This document shows positions 16,896 to 27,011 of a stretch of 64,000 bases of DNA, piece by piece. How positions within the stretch are numbered: the first letter of the stretch is position 1; the number at the start of each line of letters is the position of its first letter. The DNA is from an uncultured Candidatus Saccharibacteria bacterium (GTDB lineage: Bacteria > Patescibacteriota > Minisyncoccia > Ryanbacterales > HO2-45-13): the NCBI GenBank assembly GCA_964354975.1, contig CAYHBS010000001.1:56282-120281 (forward strand). The letters are read 5' to 3'. The translations under genes were made by a program, and so were the position numbers. The notes under the pieces were generated by a model, which was given only the letters and a program-made list of their open reading frames with translations, did no database searches and had not been told where the DNA came from.

Positions 16896-19574
16896 TTAAT
16901 GCACTGCCGCTTTCTTTTGGTGATGCCGGGCATGCTGCTTTTTTCCAAGCACTTCGGTGTGTAGCTTACCATCCTTCACCGACACCTTCAGTGTACTCCC
17001 CGACTCTGCCTCCCCACTGACGATATGACCGGCAAGCGTGTTCAGCAGTGTATTTTGAATAAGTCGCTTGAGCGGGCGTGCGCCATACTGCGGACTATAT
17101 CCCTCTTTGGCAAGATATTCTTTTACGTCTTTCCCGATCATAATTTTCATTCCGCGGTCGGCAAGACGCTTTTCCACGCGCATCAGCTGAATATCCACAA
17201 TCTGCACGAGGTGCGTCCTCGTGAGATTATTGAATACCACAATTGCGTCAAAGCGATTGAGGAATTCCGGACGAAATCGATTTTCGAGCGTTTCAAAGAT
17301 TTTGCGCCGAATTTCATCGTCGTGAATTTTGTCTTTATCATCATTCTCGTTTGAGAGATCAAACCCTAGGGCTCCAGCTTCACGTACAAGTTCTGACCCG
17401 ATATTCGAAGCCATAATAATGACCGTATTCTTAAAGTTGACGTGCCTCCCTTTCGCATCGGTGAGTCGCCCATTATCAAGAATCTGAAGCATAATGTTAA
17501 ACACTTCGGGATGTGCTTTTTCAATTTCATCGAAAAGCACCACGGAGTATGGACGGTGACGAATGATTTCAGTCAGTTGGCCTCCCTCTTCAAATCCAAC
17601 GTACCCGGGAGGAGAGCCAATAAATTTTGATACCGCGTGCTTCTCCATGTATTCAGACATGTCGACGCGCACCAGCGATTTTTCATCGTTGAACATAAAC
17701 TCCGCGAGCGAACGTGCGAGTTCGGTCTTCCCCACGCCCGTTGCTCCGAGGAACATAAATGAACCAATGGGGTGATCTTCCTCTCCAATTCCGGCGCGGT
17801 TGCGTCGCACCGCGTTTGCGATTTCACGCACTGCTTCATCTTGACCGATGACACGCTTGCGCAGCACCTCTTCCATTTTCATGAGCTTCTTTGCCTCTTC
17901 CTCGAGCATGCGTTTTACGGGAATTCCTGTCCAGCGCGCAACTACCTCGGCGATCTCTTCGGCATCAATTTCTTCTTTGAGAATTTTGCGATTTGACTGC
18001 AGTCTGCGCAGGCGCTTTTCATCTTCGCGCAGTTGCTTCATGAGATCAGGAATGCGCGAATAACGAATCTCCGCTACTTTGGTGTAGTCTGAAACACGCT
18101 CGGCGTTTTCGGATTCAAGCCGGAGACGTTCAAGATCTTTCTTTGCCTCCTGCAAACGTGTAATAGTCTCCTTCTCATTATTCCATTTCAACTCAATAGA
18201 CTTCTCGCGCTCTTTGAGTTCCGCGAGTTGTCGCTCGATGGAGCGAATATCGCGTTTACGATCTTCCTCACGCTTCAGTGCCTCGCGTTCTATCTCAAGC
18301 TTCATAATATCCTTGCGAATCACCTCAAGATCTCGTGGCACGCTGTCAATTTCTAATCGCAGTGCGGACGCCGCTTCATCAACAAGATCGATGGCTTTAT
18401 CTGGTAAAAATCTATCGGAGATATATCTACTCGAAAGCTCTACCGCAGATTGAATCGCTTCATCAGTGATTTTAATTCCATGAAAGACTTCGTATTTTTC
18501 TTTCAGACCCCGAAGTATTGCCACTGCGTCGTCCGCCGTGGGCTCTTCTACATATACCGGCTGGAAGCGGCGCGCGAGTGCGGGATCTTTTTCGATGTGT
18601 CGCTGATATTCTTTGAGTGTGGTGGCACCAATCGCATGGAGCTCGCCACGCGAGAGCGCGGGCTTGAGTAAATTTGCTGCGTCCATCGCCCCTTCCGCGG
18701 CTCCCGCACCAACAATGGTGTGAATTTCATCAATAAATAATATGAAGTGATTTTTTGAACGCTCAATTTCGCGTAGTACCGCCTTCAATCGCTCTTCAAA
18801 TTCCCCCCGATACTTTGTGCCCGCAACGAGCGCGCCAAGATCAAGTGAGATGAGCTCTTTGCCACGGAGGCCTTCTGGAACTGTTCCTGCGACGATCCGC
18901 TGTGCGAGTCCATCGACAATGGCGGTCTTTCCTACTCCGGCCTCCCCAATAAGAATGGGGTTATTTTTTGTGCGACGAGAGAGCACCTGCATCACACGAC
19001 GAATTTCGTCCTCGCGACCAATGACCGGATCTAATTTATCTTGACGCGCAAACTCCGTGAGATTGCGCGCATATTTCTCGAGCACTTGATATTTCGATTC
19101 TGGCTCTGCATCGGTCACTCGCTGTGAACCGCGAATACTTGCAAGCACTTTCAGCACAGTTTCCTTATCAACTTGGAATCGCTCAAGAATTTCCTTCGTT
19201 TTTGACGGTGTCTCCAAAAATCCAAGAAACAAATGCTCGGTTGAAATATATTCATCTTGTAGTGACGCGGCTGCTTTGTGCGCCTCTTCCAGTACGCGTG
19301 CGAGCTCTGGTGTTAAATAGAATTGCTGGGATGGTGTGACCACTTGTCCGCCCTTCCTGGAGTCGAGCGCGTCAAGCACATAATCAGTGAATTGTTGATA
19401 ATCAATTCCCAGCTTTTCAACCAGCGGGATAATCATCCCCTCGTCTTCTTGCAGGAGCAGTGCCCCAAGCACGTGGAGTGCGTCGAGCGATGTTTGCCCG
19501 CGCTCAAGCGCAAGTTCATGTGCCTTGCGAAGCGCTTCTTGTGCTTTGATAGTGAAATTCTGAAATGGAGGCAT
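16896..19574 (-). CDS. clpB: ATP-dependent chaperone ClpB
   Basis: Two AAA modules ([16 protein letters not shown]), [11 protein letters not shown], coiled-coil M domain, GSPPGYVG and YGARPLKR. Confidence 0.96.
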   Translation of the reverse strand: MPPFQNFTIKAQEALRKAHELALERGQTSLDALHVLGALLLQEDEGMIIPLVEKLGIDYQQFTDYVLDALDSRKGGQVVTPSQQFYLTPELARVLEEAHKAAASLQDEYISTEHLFLGFLETPSKTKEILERFQVDKETVLKVLASIRGSQRVTDAEPESKYQVLEKYARNLTEFARQDKLDPVIGREDEIRRVMQVLSRRTKNNPILIGEAGVGKTAIVDGLAQRIVAGTVPEGLRGKELISLDLGALVAGTKYRGEFEERLKAVLREIERSKNHFILFIDEIHTIVGAGAAEGAMDAANLLKPALSRGELHAIGATTLKEYQRHIEKDPALARRFQPVYVEEPTADDAVAILRGLKEKYEVFHGIKITDEAIQSAVELSSRYISDRFLPDKAIDLVDEAASALRLEIDSVPRDLEVIRKDIMKLEIEREALKREEDRKRDIRSIERQLAELKEREKSIELKWNNEKETITRLQEAKKDLERLRLESENAERVSDYTKVAEIRYSRIPDLMKQLREDEKRLRRLQSNRKILKEEIDAEEIAEVVARWTGIPVKRMLEEEAKKLMKMEEVLRKRVIGQDEAVREIANAVRRNRAGIGEEDHPIGSFMFLGATGVGKTELARSLAEFMFNDEKSLVRVDMSEYMEKHAVSKFIGSPPGYVGFEEGGQLTEIIRHRPYSVVLFDEIEKAHPEVFNIMLQILDNGRLTDAKGRHVNFKNTVIIMASNIGSELVREAGALGFDLSNENDDKDKIHDDEIRRKIFETLENRFRPEFLNRFDAIVVFNNLTRTHLVQIVDIQLMRVEKRLADRGMKIMIGKDVKEYLAKEGYSPQYGARPLKRLIQNTLLNTLAGHIVSGEAESGSTLKVSVKDGKLHTEVLGKKQHARHHQKKAAVH

Positions 19575-19606
19575 ATGGGTAGTATAACGATTTAGGTAAG
19601 TATTTT

Positions 19607-20839
19607 CTACTGCTGAAATTCGGTAAGAATGGCACGTATCGTAAGGGTTTCTGTCCCCCTTAGCAATACAATGGAGACGGCATCTCCCGGAGCACGCGCC
19701 TGGATGAGATCCGACAAACGATGTTCGGAATTTACCGCGACGCCATGGAATGTGCGAATAATATCTCCCTCTTTAATACCGGATTTTGCTGCGGGAGAAT
19801 TTGGTATCACGCCAGGATCCCCGGCGGTACCAAGCACAAGTGCCCCTTCTGTGACAGTGAGACCGCGACTACGCGCAATATCTGCGGTGATGTCGGTGTA
19901 GCGTACACCGAGATACGGATAAATAATACGTCCTGATGATTGTATCGATGCGAGATCGCGTTTGAGCAAATTAATGGGAAGTGCAAAGCCAACATTTTCC
20001 GCCCCCGTAGCAACCGCTGTGTTTATACCGATAACATTCCCCTGAATATCAATGAGGGGGCCGCCCGAGTTTCCTGGATTAATTGCGGCGTCTGTTTGAA
20101 TCACGGAACGCAACTGCTCCGTCTCCCCCTGTGAGCTCGCAGTAATAGTGCGCGAAAGTCCAGAAATAATCCCCACAGAAACACTATTTTGAAATTCGCC
20201 TAGTGCATTTCCGATTGCGATGACGGAAGTGCCAATTTGGAGCGTGTCAGAATCTCCTAGCGGTATCGACGAAATACCGAGATTAGCAACCTTGAGTACT
20301 GCGAGGTCCTGAAACGGATCCCGCGCAAGCACCGTAGCGGTAAGTGTTTTGCCATCACTCGTATTTATATAATATGTAGCGTCAGCATCGGCAACAACAT
20401 GCTTGTTGGTTGCAATAAGCCCATCTGAAATGACAAATCCTGTTCCCGCAGATACTTGGCGTTCTTCCGTCCCGTTCTGGCATAATTGCGGATTAAATAA
20501 ATCAGGAAACATGCGCCCAAAAAAATCGTTTGGACTTGATGGAGACTGGCATTGCGTATATGTAGAAACATTTTTTTTGGCAATGACGCTCACCACCGAC
20601 GGTGAATACTTCTGCACAATATTTGCAATTCGGTTCTCTCTGTCTTCAATGGTCACGGGAGCTCCCATGGGCACATTGTTTGTCGTAATTGCTGGCGTCG
20701 TTGTTGGTGAGGCGTTTAGTGCAGCAAACAATGCCTCCCCGCTACGAGATCCAATAACGAATGAAGTCGTTGCAGAAGAAACGACTGCCGAGATAAGCGC
20801 GGCAGTCGCGACAACAACGATAAATTGATGTCGATCCAT
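19607..20839 (-). CDS. HtrA/DegP-like serine protease with PDZ domain
   Basis: GTGF, ATNKHVV, DLAVLK and IQTDAAINPGNSGGPL, followed by a PDZ domain (SPAAKSGIKEGDII). Confidence 0.93.
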   Translation of the reverse strand: MDRHQFIVVVATAALISAVVSSATTSFVIGSRSGEALFAALNASPTTTPAITTNNVPMGAPVTIEDRENRIANIVQKYSPSVVSVIAKKNVSTYTQCQSPSSPNDFFGRMFPDLFNPQLCQNGTEERQVSAGTGFVISDGLIATNKHVVADADATYYINTSDGKTLTATVLARDPFQDLAVLKVANLGISSIPLGDSDTLQIGTSVIAIGNALGEFQNSVSVGIISGLSRTITASSQGETEQLRSVIQTDAAINPGNSGGPLIDIQGNVIGINTAVATGAENVGFALPINLLKRDLASIQSSGRIIYPYLGVRYTDITADIARSRGLTVTEGALVLGTAGDPGVIPNSPAAKSGIKEGDIIRTFHGVAVNSEHRLSDLIQARAPGDAVSIVLLRGTETLTIRAILTEFQQ

Positions 20840-20887
20840 ATAATAACTATTTCTCAAAAATAACGATGATAAGAAAAACGCGTGATG

Positions 20888-21133
20888 TTACTCGACCGCT
20901 TCAACGCGGTCAATCCCATTGATGCGCTCCTTGAGGATCATCTCGATTCCTTCCTTGAGCGTCAGCTCCGAAAGTGGGCAACCTTTGCACGTTCCGAGCA
21001 GGCGCACGTATATAACGCCGTCTTCAAACTTTACATATTCCACTTTACCTAAATGCCGCCCCACCATGGGATTGATTTCATCTTGAATAACACGCTCTAT
21101 TTCTTGTTGGTATAACGTTGTGGTTGCGTCCAT
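20888..21133 (-). CDS. NifU C-terminal (NfuA-like) Fe-S carrier
   Basis: VRLLGTCKGCPLSELTLKEGIE motif. Confidence 0.9.
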   Translation of the reverse strand: MDATTTLYQQEIERVIQDEINPMVGRHLGKVEYVKFEDGVIYVRLLGTCKGCPLSELTLKEGIEMILKERINGIDRVEAVE

Positions 21134-21135
21134 AG

Positions 21136-21369
21136 TTACGGATAGAGTTGCTGATCCTGATCATCAAACACGGAAATCGCGCGCGTAGGGCATGATTTTG
21201 CGGCAAGCAGAATGGTGTCTGCGTCCGCGCCATCAACGGATAGAACGGTTGCCTTGTTATCATCATCGAGCACAAACACACCGGGCGCGATAGCCACGCA
21301 TGACGCGGCGCCGATGCACAGTTCGCGGTCGATAATAATTTTACTGATTTTTGGTGGGATATTATCCAT
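21136..21369 (-). CDS. Ferredoxin, likely 3Fe-4S type
   Basis: CIGAASC...AAKSCPTRAI (CxxAxxC...CP); start placed at MDNIPPK. Confidence 0.85.
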   Translation of the reverse strand: MDNIPPKISKIIIDRELCIGAASCVAIAPGVFVLDDDNKATVLSVDGADADTILLAAKSCPTRAISVFDDQDQQLYP

Positions 21370-22021
21370 AGTATTTTTCAGTGTAAAAACGAACGAGCTC
21401 TTCAATAGCTGGTGTGGCTTCGGGTGAACCCACCCCGACTTTCAATTTTTGCTGCACCTCCTCGAGCGTACGCGCGCCTTCAAGCACTGCTTCCTCGATA
21501 TCTTTATCCGTGATATTCAATGTTGCGTCAATCACTTTAGAACCTTCTACCATTATACGGTCGTACTGACCGATAGATCGGAAATAATTGTTAATGGTTT
21601 TGTGAAATGCCTTGTCCGCCAGCACCGAGCAATGAATCTTGCGATCCGGAAGCCCCCCGAGACGTTCCATAATATCCTGCGGGCGTACCTTCACGGCGTC
21701 CGAAATCGCCATACCGCCGTTTTCCGTAAGCATGACCGAATACATGCTTGTTGCCGCAATGGCAGATCCACAACCAAATGTCTTCCATTTGAGATCAATA
21801 ATACGCTCCGTACTGGAATCAATTTTCACCCACATGCGCATCATATCTCCACAGGCGGGAGATCCCACTTCGCCGATTGCGTCATACGATCCTTCTGCGG
21901 GCTCTTCAAGAAGCAAATTACGTGGATGAAAGAAGTGGTCTTTAACAATATCGGAATACACCCACCCCTGCCCGGTGTGTGTGTTCACAACTTCATATTT
22001 TCCTTTTGGTATTGGTTGCAT
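21362..22021 (-). CDS. IscU/NifU N-terminal scaffold fused to a BFD-like domain
   Basis: VKDHFFHPRN, GSPACGDMM, KTFGCGSAIA and KIHCSVLA. Confidence 0.9.
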   Translation of the reverse strand: MQPIPKGKYEVVNTHTGQGWVYSDIVKDHFFHPRNLLLEEPAEGSYDAIGEVGSPACGDMMRMWVKIDSSTERIIDLKWKTFGCGSAIAATSMYSVMLTENGGMAISDAVKVRPQDIMERLGGLPDRKIHCSVLADKAFHKTINNYFRSIGQYDRIMVEGSKVIDATLNITDKDIEEAVLEGARTLEEVQQKLKVGVGSPEATPAIEELVRFYTEKYYG

Positions 22022-22039
22022 AAGTGTAAGTTGATGTTG

Positions 22040-22152
22040 TTTGTTGTTTTAATGTTTGAGTGATTTCATGAGCTTGTGATTATTGTTTTCATGATCTCGT
22101 GTTCTAGTGATTTTATGATTTTATGTTCTCGTGTTTTCATGATTTTATGATC
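22040..22152. repeat. Degenerate 8-bp tandem array, same consensus as the arrays at 3.2 and 3.8 kb
   Basis: catgatct-cgtgttct-agtgattt-tatgattt-tatgttct-cgtgtttt-catgattt-tatgatct; overlaps the iscS stop codon. Confidence 0.85.
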
Positions 22153-23441
22153 TTCTGTTTTTTTGCTTTCTGCTCCCAATGTGGCATACCCTGTCCCGCG
22201 AATGCCGCGCGCGATGCGATGCCAGTGCCGTCGGTTGGGAGTGATATCGGCGATATCTTTCGGAGTGTTGTAGTGATTCCTGGCATGACGCTAAGCACAT
22301 AATCGATATCTTCCTTGGTTGTATGTCTCCCAAGCGTAAATCTAAGCGACGCATGCGCGTATTCATATGGACGCCCCAGTGCAAGAATCACATGTGACGG
22401 ATCTAATGTGACCGAGTCACAGGCCGATCCCGTGGACGCCTCGATGCCCTTGTGATCGAGATACAAGAGATACGCCTCTCCCTCGATATCGAGAATTGAA
22501 ATATTGACGTTGTTTGGAATTCGTCTTTCGCCAAGCCCTTGAGAGGGGTCGGGACCATTGAGCACAATTTTAGGAATGATGTTGAACAGTTCGGAAATAA
22601 AATAATCACGTAATACGGTGAGCCGCTTCCCTTCCGTATCTCTCATTTCTTGAGTAATCTTCAGCGCTTCGGCAAATCCAACAACTCCCGCAACATTTTC
22701 TGTTCCACTGCGCAGACGATTTTCTTGACCTCCCCCGTGCCACAACGGTGAGAGGAGAATACCTTTCCGCACATAGAGCGCACCAATCCCTTTTGGACCG
22801 TAAATTTTGCTGCCATTCATGGTCATCAGATCCACACCAAGTTCACGCACATTTAAAGGGAGATACCCCGCAGCTTGGCACGCGTCAGTATGAAAATATA
22901 TTGGACGCGTTTCTCCTGTTTGCTTGCGTCGCTCTCGTTCCATCTTAATCGCGCGAGCGATATCTGCCATTGGCGCAATCGTCCCGGTTTCGTTGTTTGC
23001 ATACATAATGGAAACGAGTGTCGTTTCCGATGTAATGGCGGTTGCGAGTTCGTCGATTTTTACGAATCCATCTCGGTCCACTCCCACATACGTTACGGAC
23101 ATTCCGTCCTTTTCGAGTTGGCGCGCATTATTGAGTATTGCGTGATGCTCGGTGGTAGCCGTCACCAATGCACCTCCGTGCTTTCGTAGTACACCAAAAA
23201 GCGCAAGTGCATTTGCTTCGGTGCCGCTTCCAGTAAAAATAATTTCTTCGGGTTTTGCTCCAAGGATTCCCGCAACGGTAGCGCGTGCGTCCGCAAGCGC
23301 AGTTTTTGCGGTGCGCCCCGATAAATATATTGCGGATGGATTTCCGAACGAATCCGAAAGATACGGCATCATTGCGGTCAGTACGCGCTCATTAAGCGGC
23401 GTGGTTGCTGCGTGATCTAAAAATACGTGTCTTGTGCTCAT
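22137..23441 (-). CDS. iscS: Cysteine desulfurase IscS/NifS
   Basis: LDHAATTP, FGNPS, MYANNETG, HTDACQ, KIYGPKG and STGSAC. Confidence 0.95.
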   Translation of the reverse strand: MSTRHVFLDHAATTPLNERVLTAMMPYLSDSFGNPSAIYLSGRTAKTALADARATVAGILGAKPEEIIFTGSGTEANALALFGVLRKHGGALVTATTEHHAILNNARQLEKDGMSVTYVGVDRDGFVKIDELATAITSETTLVSIMYANNETGTIAPMADIARAIKMERERRKQTGETRPIYFHTDACQAAGYLPLNVRELGVDLMTMNGSKIYGPKGIGALYVRKGILLSPLWHGGGQENRLRSGTENVAGVVGFAEALKITQEMRDTEGKRLTVLRDYFISELFNIIPKIVLNGPDPSQGLGERRIPNNVNISILDIEGEAYLLYLDHKGIEASTGSACDSVTLDPSHVILALGRPYEYAHASLRFTLGRHTTKEDIDYVLSVMPGITTTLRKISPISLPTDGTGIASRAAFAGQGMPHWEQKAKKQKIIKS

Positions 23442-23710
23442 GGTTTGATTGGTGCGCTAAACACTCCACATCCCACGCACGGATGCGCGGTATTATAGGT
23501 ATAGACAACTTGACGCCCGGTTTGAGCACGAGCAATCACTCCTTTTGAAAGTAAAATATGGAGATGATGCGACACCGTTGGTTGCGTAAGTTCCATGTGG
23601 TTGGTGATTTCAGTCACTGTACGAGGAGATGCTTGGAGCAGGCGCAAAATACGGAGTCGGGATGAGTCCGCAAGCGCCTTAAAACAGTGTGTGCACGATG
23701 TTCCCGCCAT
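23438..23710 (-). CDS. ArsR/SmtB family transcriptional regulator
   Basis: FKALADSSRLRIL...LTQPTVSHHL; extra CxxC motifs at both ends. Confidence 0.9.
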   Translation of the reverse strand: MAGTSCTHCFKALADSSRLRILRLLQASPRTVTEITNHMELTQPTVSHHLHILLSKGVIARAQTGRQVVYTYNTAHPCVGCGVFSAPIKP

Positions 23711-23774
23711 AATATATAGATGAGTATCTATGAATGGCGTGGGAAAGTCAATACTACACATTGAATATATATCA

Positions 23775-23815
23775 AAAAAACCTCAAGCAGAACGTGTGTC
23801 TGCTTGAGGTTTTTT
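23775..23815. terminator. Intrinsic terminator
   Basis: aaaaaacctcaagcaga...tctgcttgaggtttttt inverted repeat. Confidence 0.75.
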
Positions 23816-23848
23816 GGCGGGCCGGACGCATTCTAGACGGGCGTGTGG

Positions 23849-24112
23849 CTACCGTAATCCGAAGACGAAATTCGTCTCGAAAACGTTCAATGTTCCACTG
23901 TCGCCAGGACAATGATACTTTTTCCTGGACTCCACTGTCTTTATGGAAGTGACAGAGTATCCGTCCCTCTCGAACTCTCTGATCAGGTTATTTACCCTAC
24001 CCTCGTGAACCTTCTTGGTCTTGTCCCGATCCCAGATTTGCCAGGAGTTGGTTTCCAGGCTCTTTACTACGGTCTGCTGCTTCTTGGGCCCGCTTTGAGT
24101 TGCTTCCGTCAT
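23849..24112 (-). CDS. Orphan hypothetical protein (87 aa)
   Basis: AAGGAGG upstream, TTGACT promoter-like site at about 24210 and a terminator downstream. Confidence 0.6.
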   Translation of the reverse strand: MTEATQSGPKKQQTVVKSLETNSWQIWDRDKTKKVHEGRVNNLIREFERDGYSVTSIKTVESRKKYHCPGDSGTLNVFETNFVFGLR

Positions 24113-24282
24113 AACTCTTTAGCCTCCTTCCTAGATAGTGTACTATTATCGAGCTAGGTTCTCGATTATTTCACCGTCATTGTATTAACATAACTGTTTC
24201 TGTAAGTCAACAATACATATAATTTATATAGAAAAAAGGACCGCGCTAGGCGGTCCATGAGAGTGAAACTGCGAGTTGGAGA

Positions 24283-24762
24283 TCAGGCCAAAAATGCTTT
24301 CACACCATCTATTGATCGTGTGAAAACGACTTCACGCCCAGTGGGCTCAACTTGTTTGATGTATGCTGCCATCTCTGGCGTACCCCCAATGATGAGTAAA
24401 GGGCGCCGCTGCTGAATTGCGAAGGCAATCTCAGATAAAGTACCGGAAGACCAGGGGCCGATAGCAATAACGATTTTTGAAGAAAGAATGTTGATGAAGT
24501 TCCTCGCGCCACGTATTCCTGTAACAATCGGAATGTCAACGTCCGCACACATATCATCAGCGTTGTCAGTGGGACAAATACCCACCACCAGACCGCCCGC
24601 ATCTTTAGCACCTCGACATGCTTCGGCCATTGTTCCTTTCATTCCCCCTGAAAGGAGCGTATGGCCACGCTCTGCCACGGCCTTCCCGATTTGGTATGCA
24701 ATTTTCAGTTGTTCCGCCGTTGCAGTTGCCCCGGGGCCCATAACACCAACAATGAATTTCAT
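24283..24762 (-). CDS. LOG/TIGR00725 family Rossmann-fold protein
   Basis: VGVMGPG, LLSGGMKGTMAEACRGAKDAGG, RNFINIL and GTLSEIAFA. Confidence 0.88.
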   Translation of the reverse strand: MKFIVGVMGPGATATAEQLKIAYQIGKAVAERGHTLLSGGMKGTMAEACRGAKDAGGLVVGICPTDNADDMCADVDIPIVTGIRGARNFINILSSKIVIAIGPWSSGTLSEIAFAIQQRRPLLIIGGTPEMAAYIKQVEPTGREVVFTRSIDGVKAFLA

Positions 24763-24937
24763 TTTTTCCTCCCTATATCGACGTCGTATGCTGCGCTTTC
24801 TGTGTCTTTGTTACCATAAAACATACATCCTTATCAAGTGTTGAGAAAATCTTATTACTCATGCACTAATGCAAACAAGCGCTGATATTCTCAAATGTGT
24901 TATGATCTAGGATAGAAAATATGGAGGTATCGTAACC

Positions 24938-25162
24938 ATGCCTTCTTCAAAAAAAGCAAAGATCGATCGCGCCACTTCCAAGGACACCGCCGTGGAAAGA
25001 GCTTTGAAAAAACGAAAGCGTAATATCGCCAAGCACCTCGCAGCGGCAGAAGAAAATATAAAGCAAGGTCGAGTGCACGGCCCGTTTACCACAACCGAAG
25101 AGCTCTTCGCTGCTGCGCGTAACTTTCAAACATCTGAAACAACGACAAGGAGGAAGAAATGA
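24938..25162 (+). CDS. Small antitoxin-like protein
   Basis: C-terminal LAAAEENIKQGRVHGPFTTTEELF resembles antitoxin C-terminal motifs; GGAGG upstream. Confidence 0.5.
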   Translation: MPSSKKAKIDRATSKDTAVERALKKRKRNIAKHLAAAEENIKQGRVHGPFTTTEELFAAARNFQTSETTTRRKK

Positions 25163-25533
25163 TCAATCCTGAAATCCGAGATGTTGAAGCCGAAAGAGGC
25201 GTGCTCACTTTCATACTGCCCGACGCGCGAGTAATCGTTCAAGATTTCGTGGCGCAGAATCCTGCATTTCAATCGAACTGTGTATTCAACGATCACGGAC
25301 CGCGTCCCCGAATACTACTTGAGATTTGGAGACCGAACATGCACACGCTGAATACTGAGGAACAGAAGAGCATCGCTACATGCGTGTTGCGCATCGTGCA
25401 ACTCAAACCTCCTGGTGAGCTTGAGTATGTACGATCTCTCCACCCTATGGGCGTAGCCTACTTCCGTATCACATCGAACGCGAAAACCATCGTGCGTAAA
25501 GGCCCGGAACACGGACCAGAAAAAGTGTACTAA
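25159..25533 (+). CDS. Hypothetical protein translationally coupled to the upstream ORF
   Basis: ATGA overlap, AGGAGG upstream and hairpin cccggactc-tcgt-gagtccggg after the stop. Confidence 0.55.
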   Translation: MINPEIRDVEAERGVLTFILPDARVIVQDFVAQNPAFQSNCVFNDHGPRPRILLEIWRPNMHTLNTEEQKSIATCVLRIVQLKPPGELEYVRSLHPMGVAYFRITSNAKTIVRKGPEHGPEKVY

Positions 25534-25583
25534 ACCACCCCCCGGACTCTCGTGAGTCCGGGGAATATTGTTATGTACTAGAC

Positions 25584-25979
25584 CTACTGAAACCGCACCT
25601 GAAAGTTGTACATTCCCATACTACAGAGACCCTTGAGCACGTATCCAGACTTTTGAGGAGGTAGTTCTATTTCAGCTGTTCCTGATGGTGGAAGATTTTT
25701 TCGATAATTGATCGAAGGAATCACGAGCGCGGACGAACAATCAAATGTACCTGATGTGCGCACGCGTATCGTCGTGGGCATTCCGGCGGCAGCAGTCGTC
25801 ATGCGAGGCGCGTATCCTCCCTTTGCGCCGATTTCAATAATTTGTTTTCCGTCCACCATCAACACATTCTGCCCATCGCGCGGAAGTGGTGTATTGGCGC
25901 TCGGCTGATTTCGGCTGAACATAATCGCCCCACCGATAATGAGTGCGGCAACAAGAATAGAAACTGTAGTTGAGTTCAT
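25584..25979 (-). CDS. Cupredoxin-domain membrane protein
   Basis: N-terminal TM helix, KGGYAP, DCSSALVIP and C-terminal CSMGMY. Confidence 0.8.
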   Translation of the reverse strand: MNSTTVSILVAALIIGGAIMFSRNQPSANTPLPRDGQNVLMVDGKQIIEIGAKGGYAPRMTTAAAGMPTTIRVRTSGTFDCSSALVIPSINYRKNLPPSGTAEIELPPQKSGYVLKGLCSMGMYNFQVRFQ

Positions 25980-25987
25980 GCGGAAAA

Positions 25988-27007
25988 TTACAACGTGTAG
26001 AGCGGAGGAATAATTCCTTGTGCCATCAGCGCGTTGAGTAAGTTAATGATACCAAAAAACAACACTATCATTCCCGCTGTTTTATAAAATACTCCCGTCT
26101 GCAGTTTTGAGTGCACTCCGAGTGAGCTAAAACTGATCAGTGCGAGCACCGGAAATGTGCCCGCGGCGAACGCGGTCATCAACAGCCCGCCCGCGAAAAA
26201 ATCACCAACACCGAGCGTGTAGAGTTGCATCGATTGTGTAAACCCGCAGGGGAGAAAAAAAGTAACAATACCCACAAGAAGTGGAGTGAGTATGTGGTTA
26301 ACGTTTTTAAGTGCGTGCATGTGGCTGGCAATCCATCTCGGGAGCGTCAGCTGGAGTGATTTCGCGCGGGGAAATATATCAAGCAAATTAATGCCTAGTA
26401 TCAGGAGCACAAGCGCCACGGCCATACTTAACAGAAACGTGCCGGTATTCCCAAGTTGGAGTCCTGCTCCAAACGCACCGATGGCTCCACCAAGTATAAA
26501 AAATGCCACAAATCTCCCGATGTGAAATAAGATTTGTGGACGGATCGCATCTCCTTCTTTTGCAAAATTTGCTGACATAGAAAGCACCACTCCCCCCACT
26601 ACCGCCATACACGTCGAGACTGAAGCAATCAGTCCGAGAATAAATGCGGTACTGTAACTCACTTCTGAAGCGGTTACGAGATTTACGATGCCAAGTTTTT
26701 GGAGAACGATAAAAAATAAAATGAACACGGTGGCAATGGGCAAGGCGTAGTGAAACTCATTCCATTTTGAGTTGTGCGTCTGTTGTGCAACCGAAAGTGT
26801 GTAGCCGTGTGGACGCAACGGCTCGCTCAAATCTCGAGCAATATGTTCCGCGCGTTTATCCCCAAAATCGCCCGTTACATGCACATTGAACTTTGCGAGC
26901 GAAGCACGCACGGTGCTCACTTCCGCAACATCCCGAAGCGTATGTTCAATTAATGCCACACACGAGTTGCAATGCATGCCCCCAACGTGAAAGGTGTAGC
27001 TCTGCAT
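25988..27007 (-). CDS. HMA-domain DsbD_2/TauE-like membrane protein (copper operon)
   Basis: GMHCNSC HMA motif, STCMAVVGG, FHIGR and FFLPCGFTQSMQ; multiple TM helices. Confidence 0.85.
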   Translation of the reverse strand: MQSYTFHVGGMHCNSCVALIEHTLRDVAEVSTVRASLAKFNVHVTGDFGDKRAEHIARDLSEPLRPHGYTLSVAQQTHNSKWNEFHYALPIATVFILFFIVLQKLGIVNLVTASEVSYSTAFILGLIASVSTCMAVVGGVVLSMSANFAKEGDAIRPQILFHIGRFVAFFILGGAIGAFGAGLQLGNTGTFLLSMAVALVLLILGINLLDIFPRAKSLQLTLPRWIASHMHALKNVNHILTPLLVGIVTFFLPCGFTQSMQLYTLGVGDFFAGGLLMTAFAAGTFPVLALISFSSLGVHSKLQTGVFYKTAGMIVLFFGIINLLNALMAQGIIPPLYTL

Positions 27008-27011
27008 ATTG

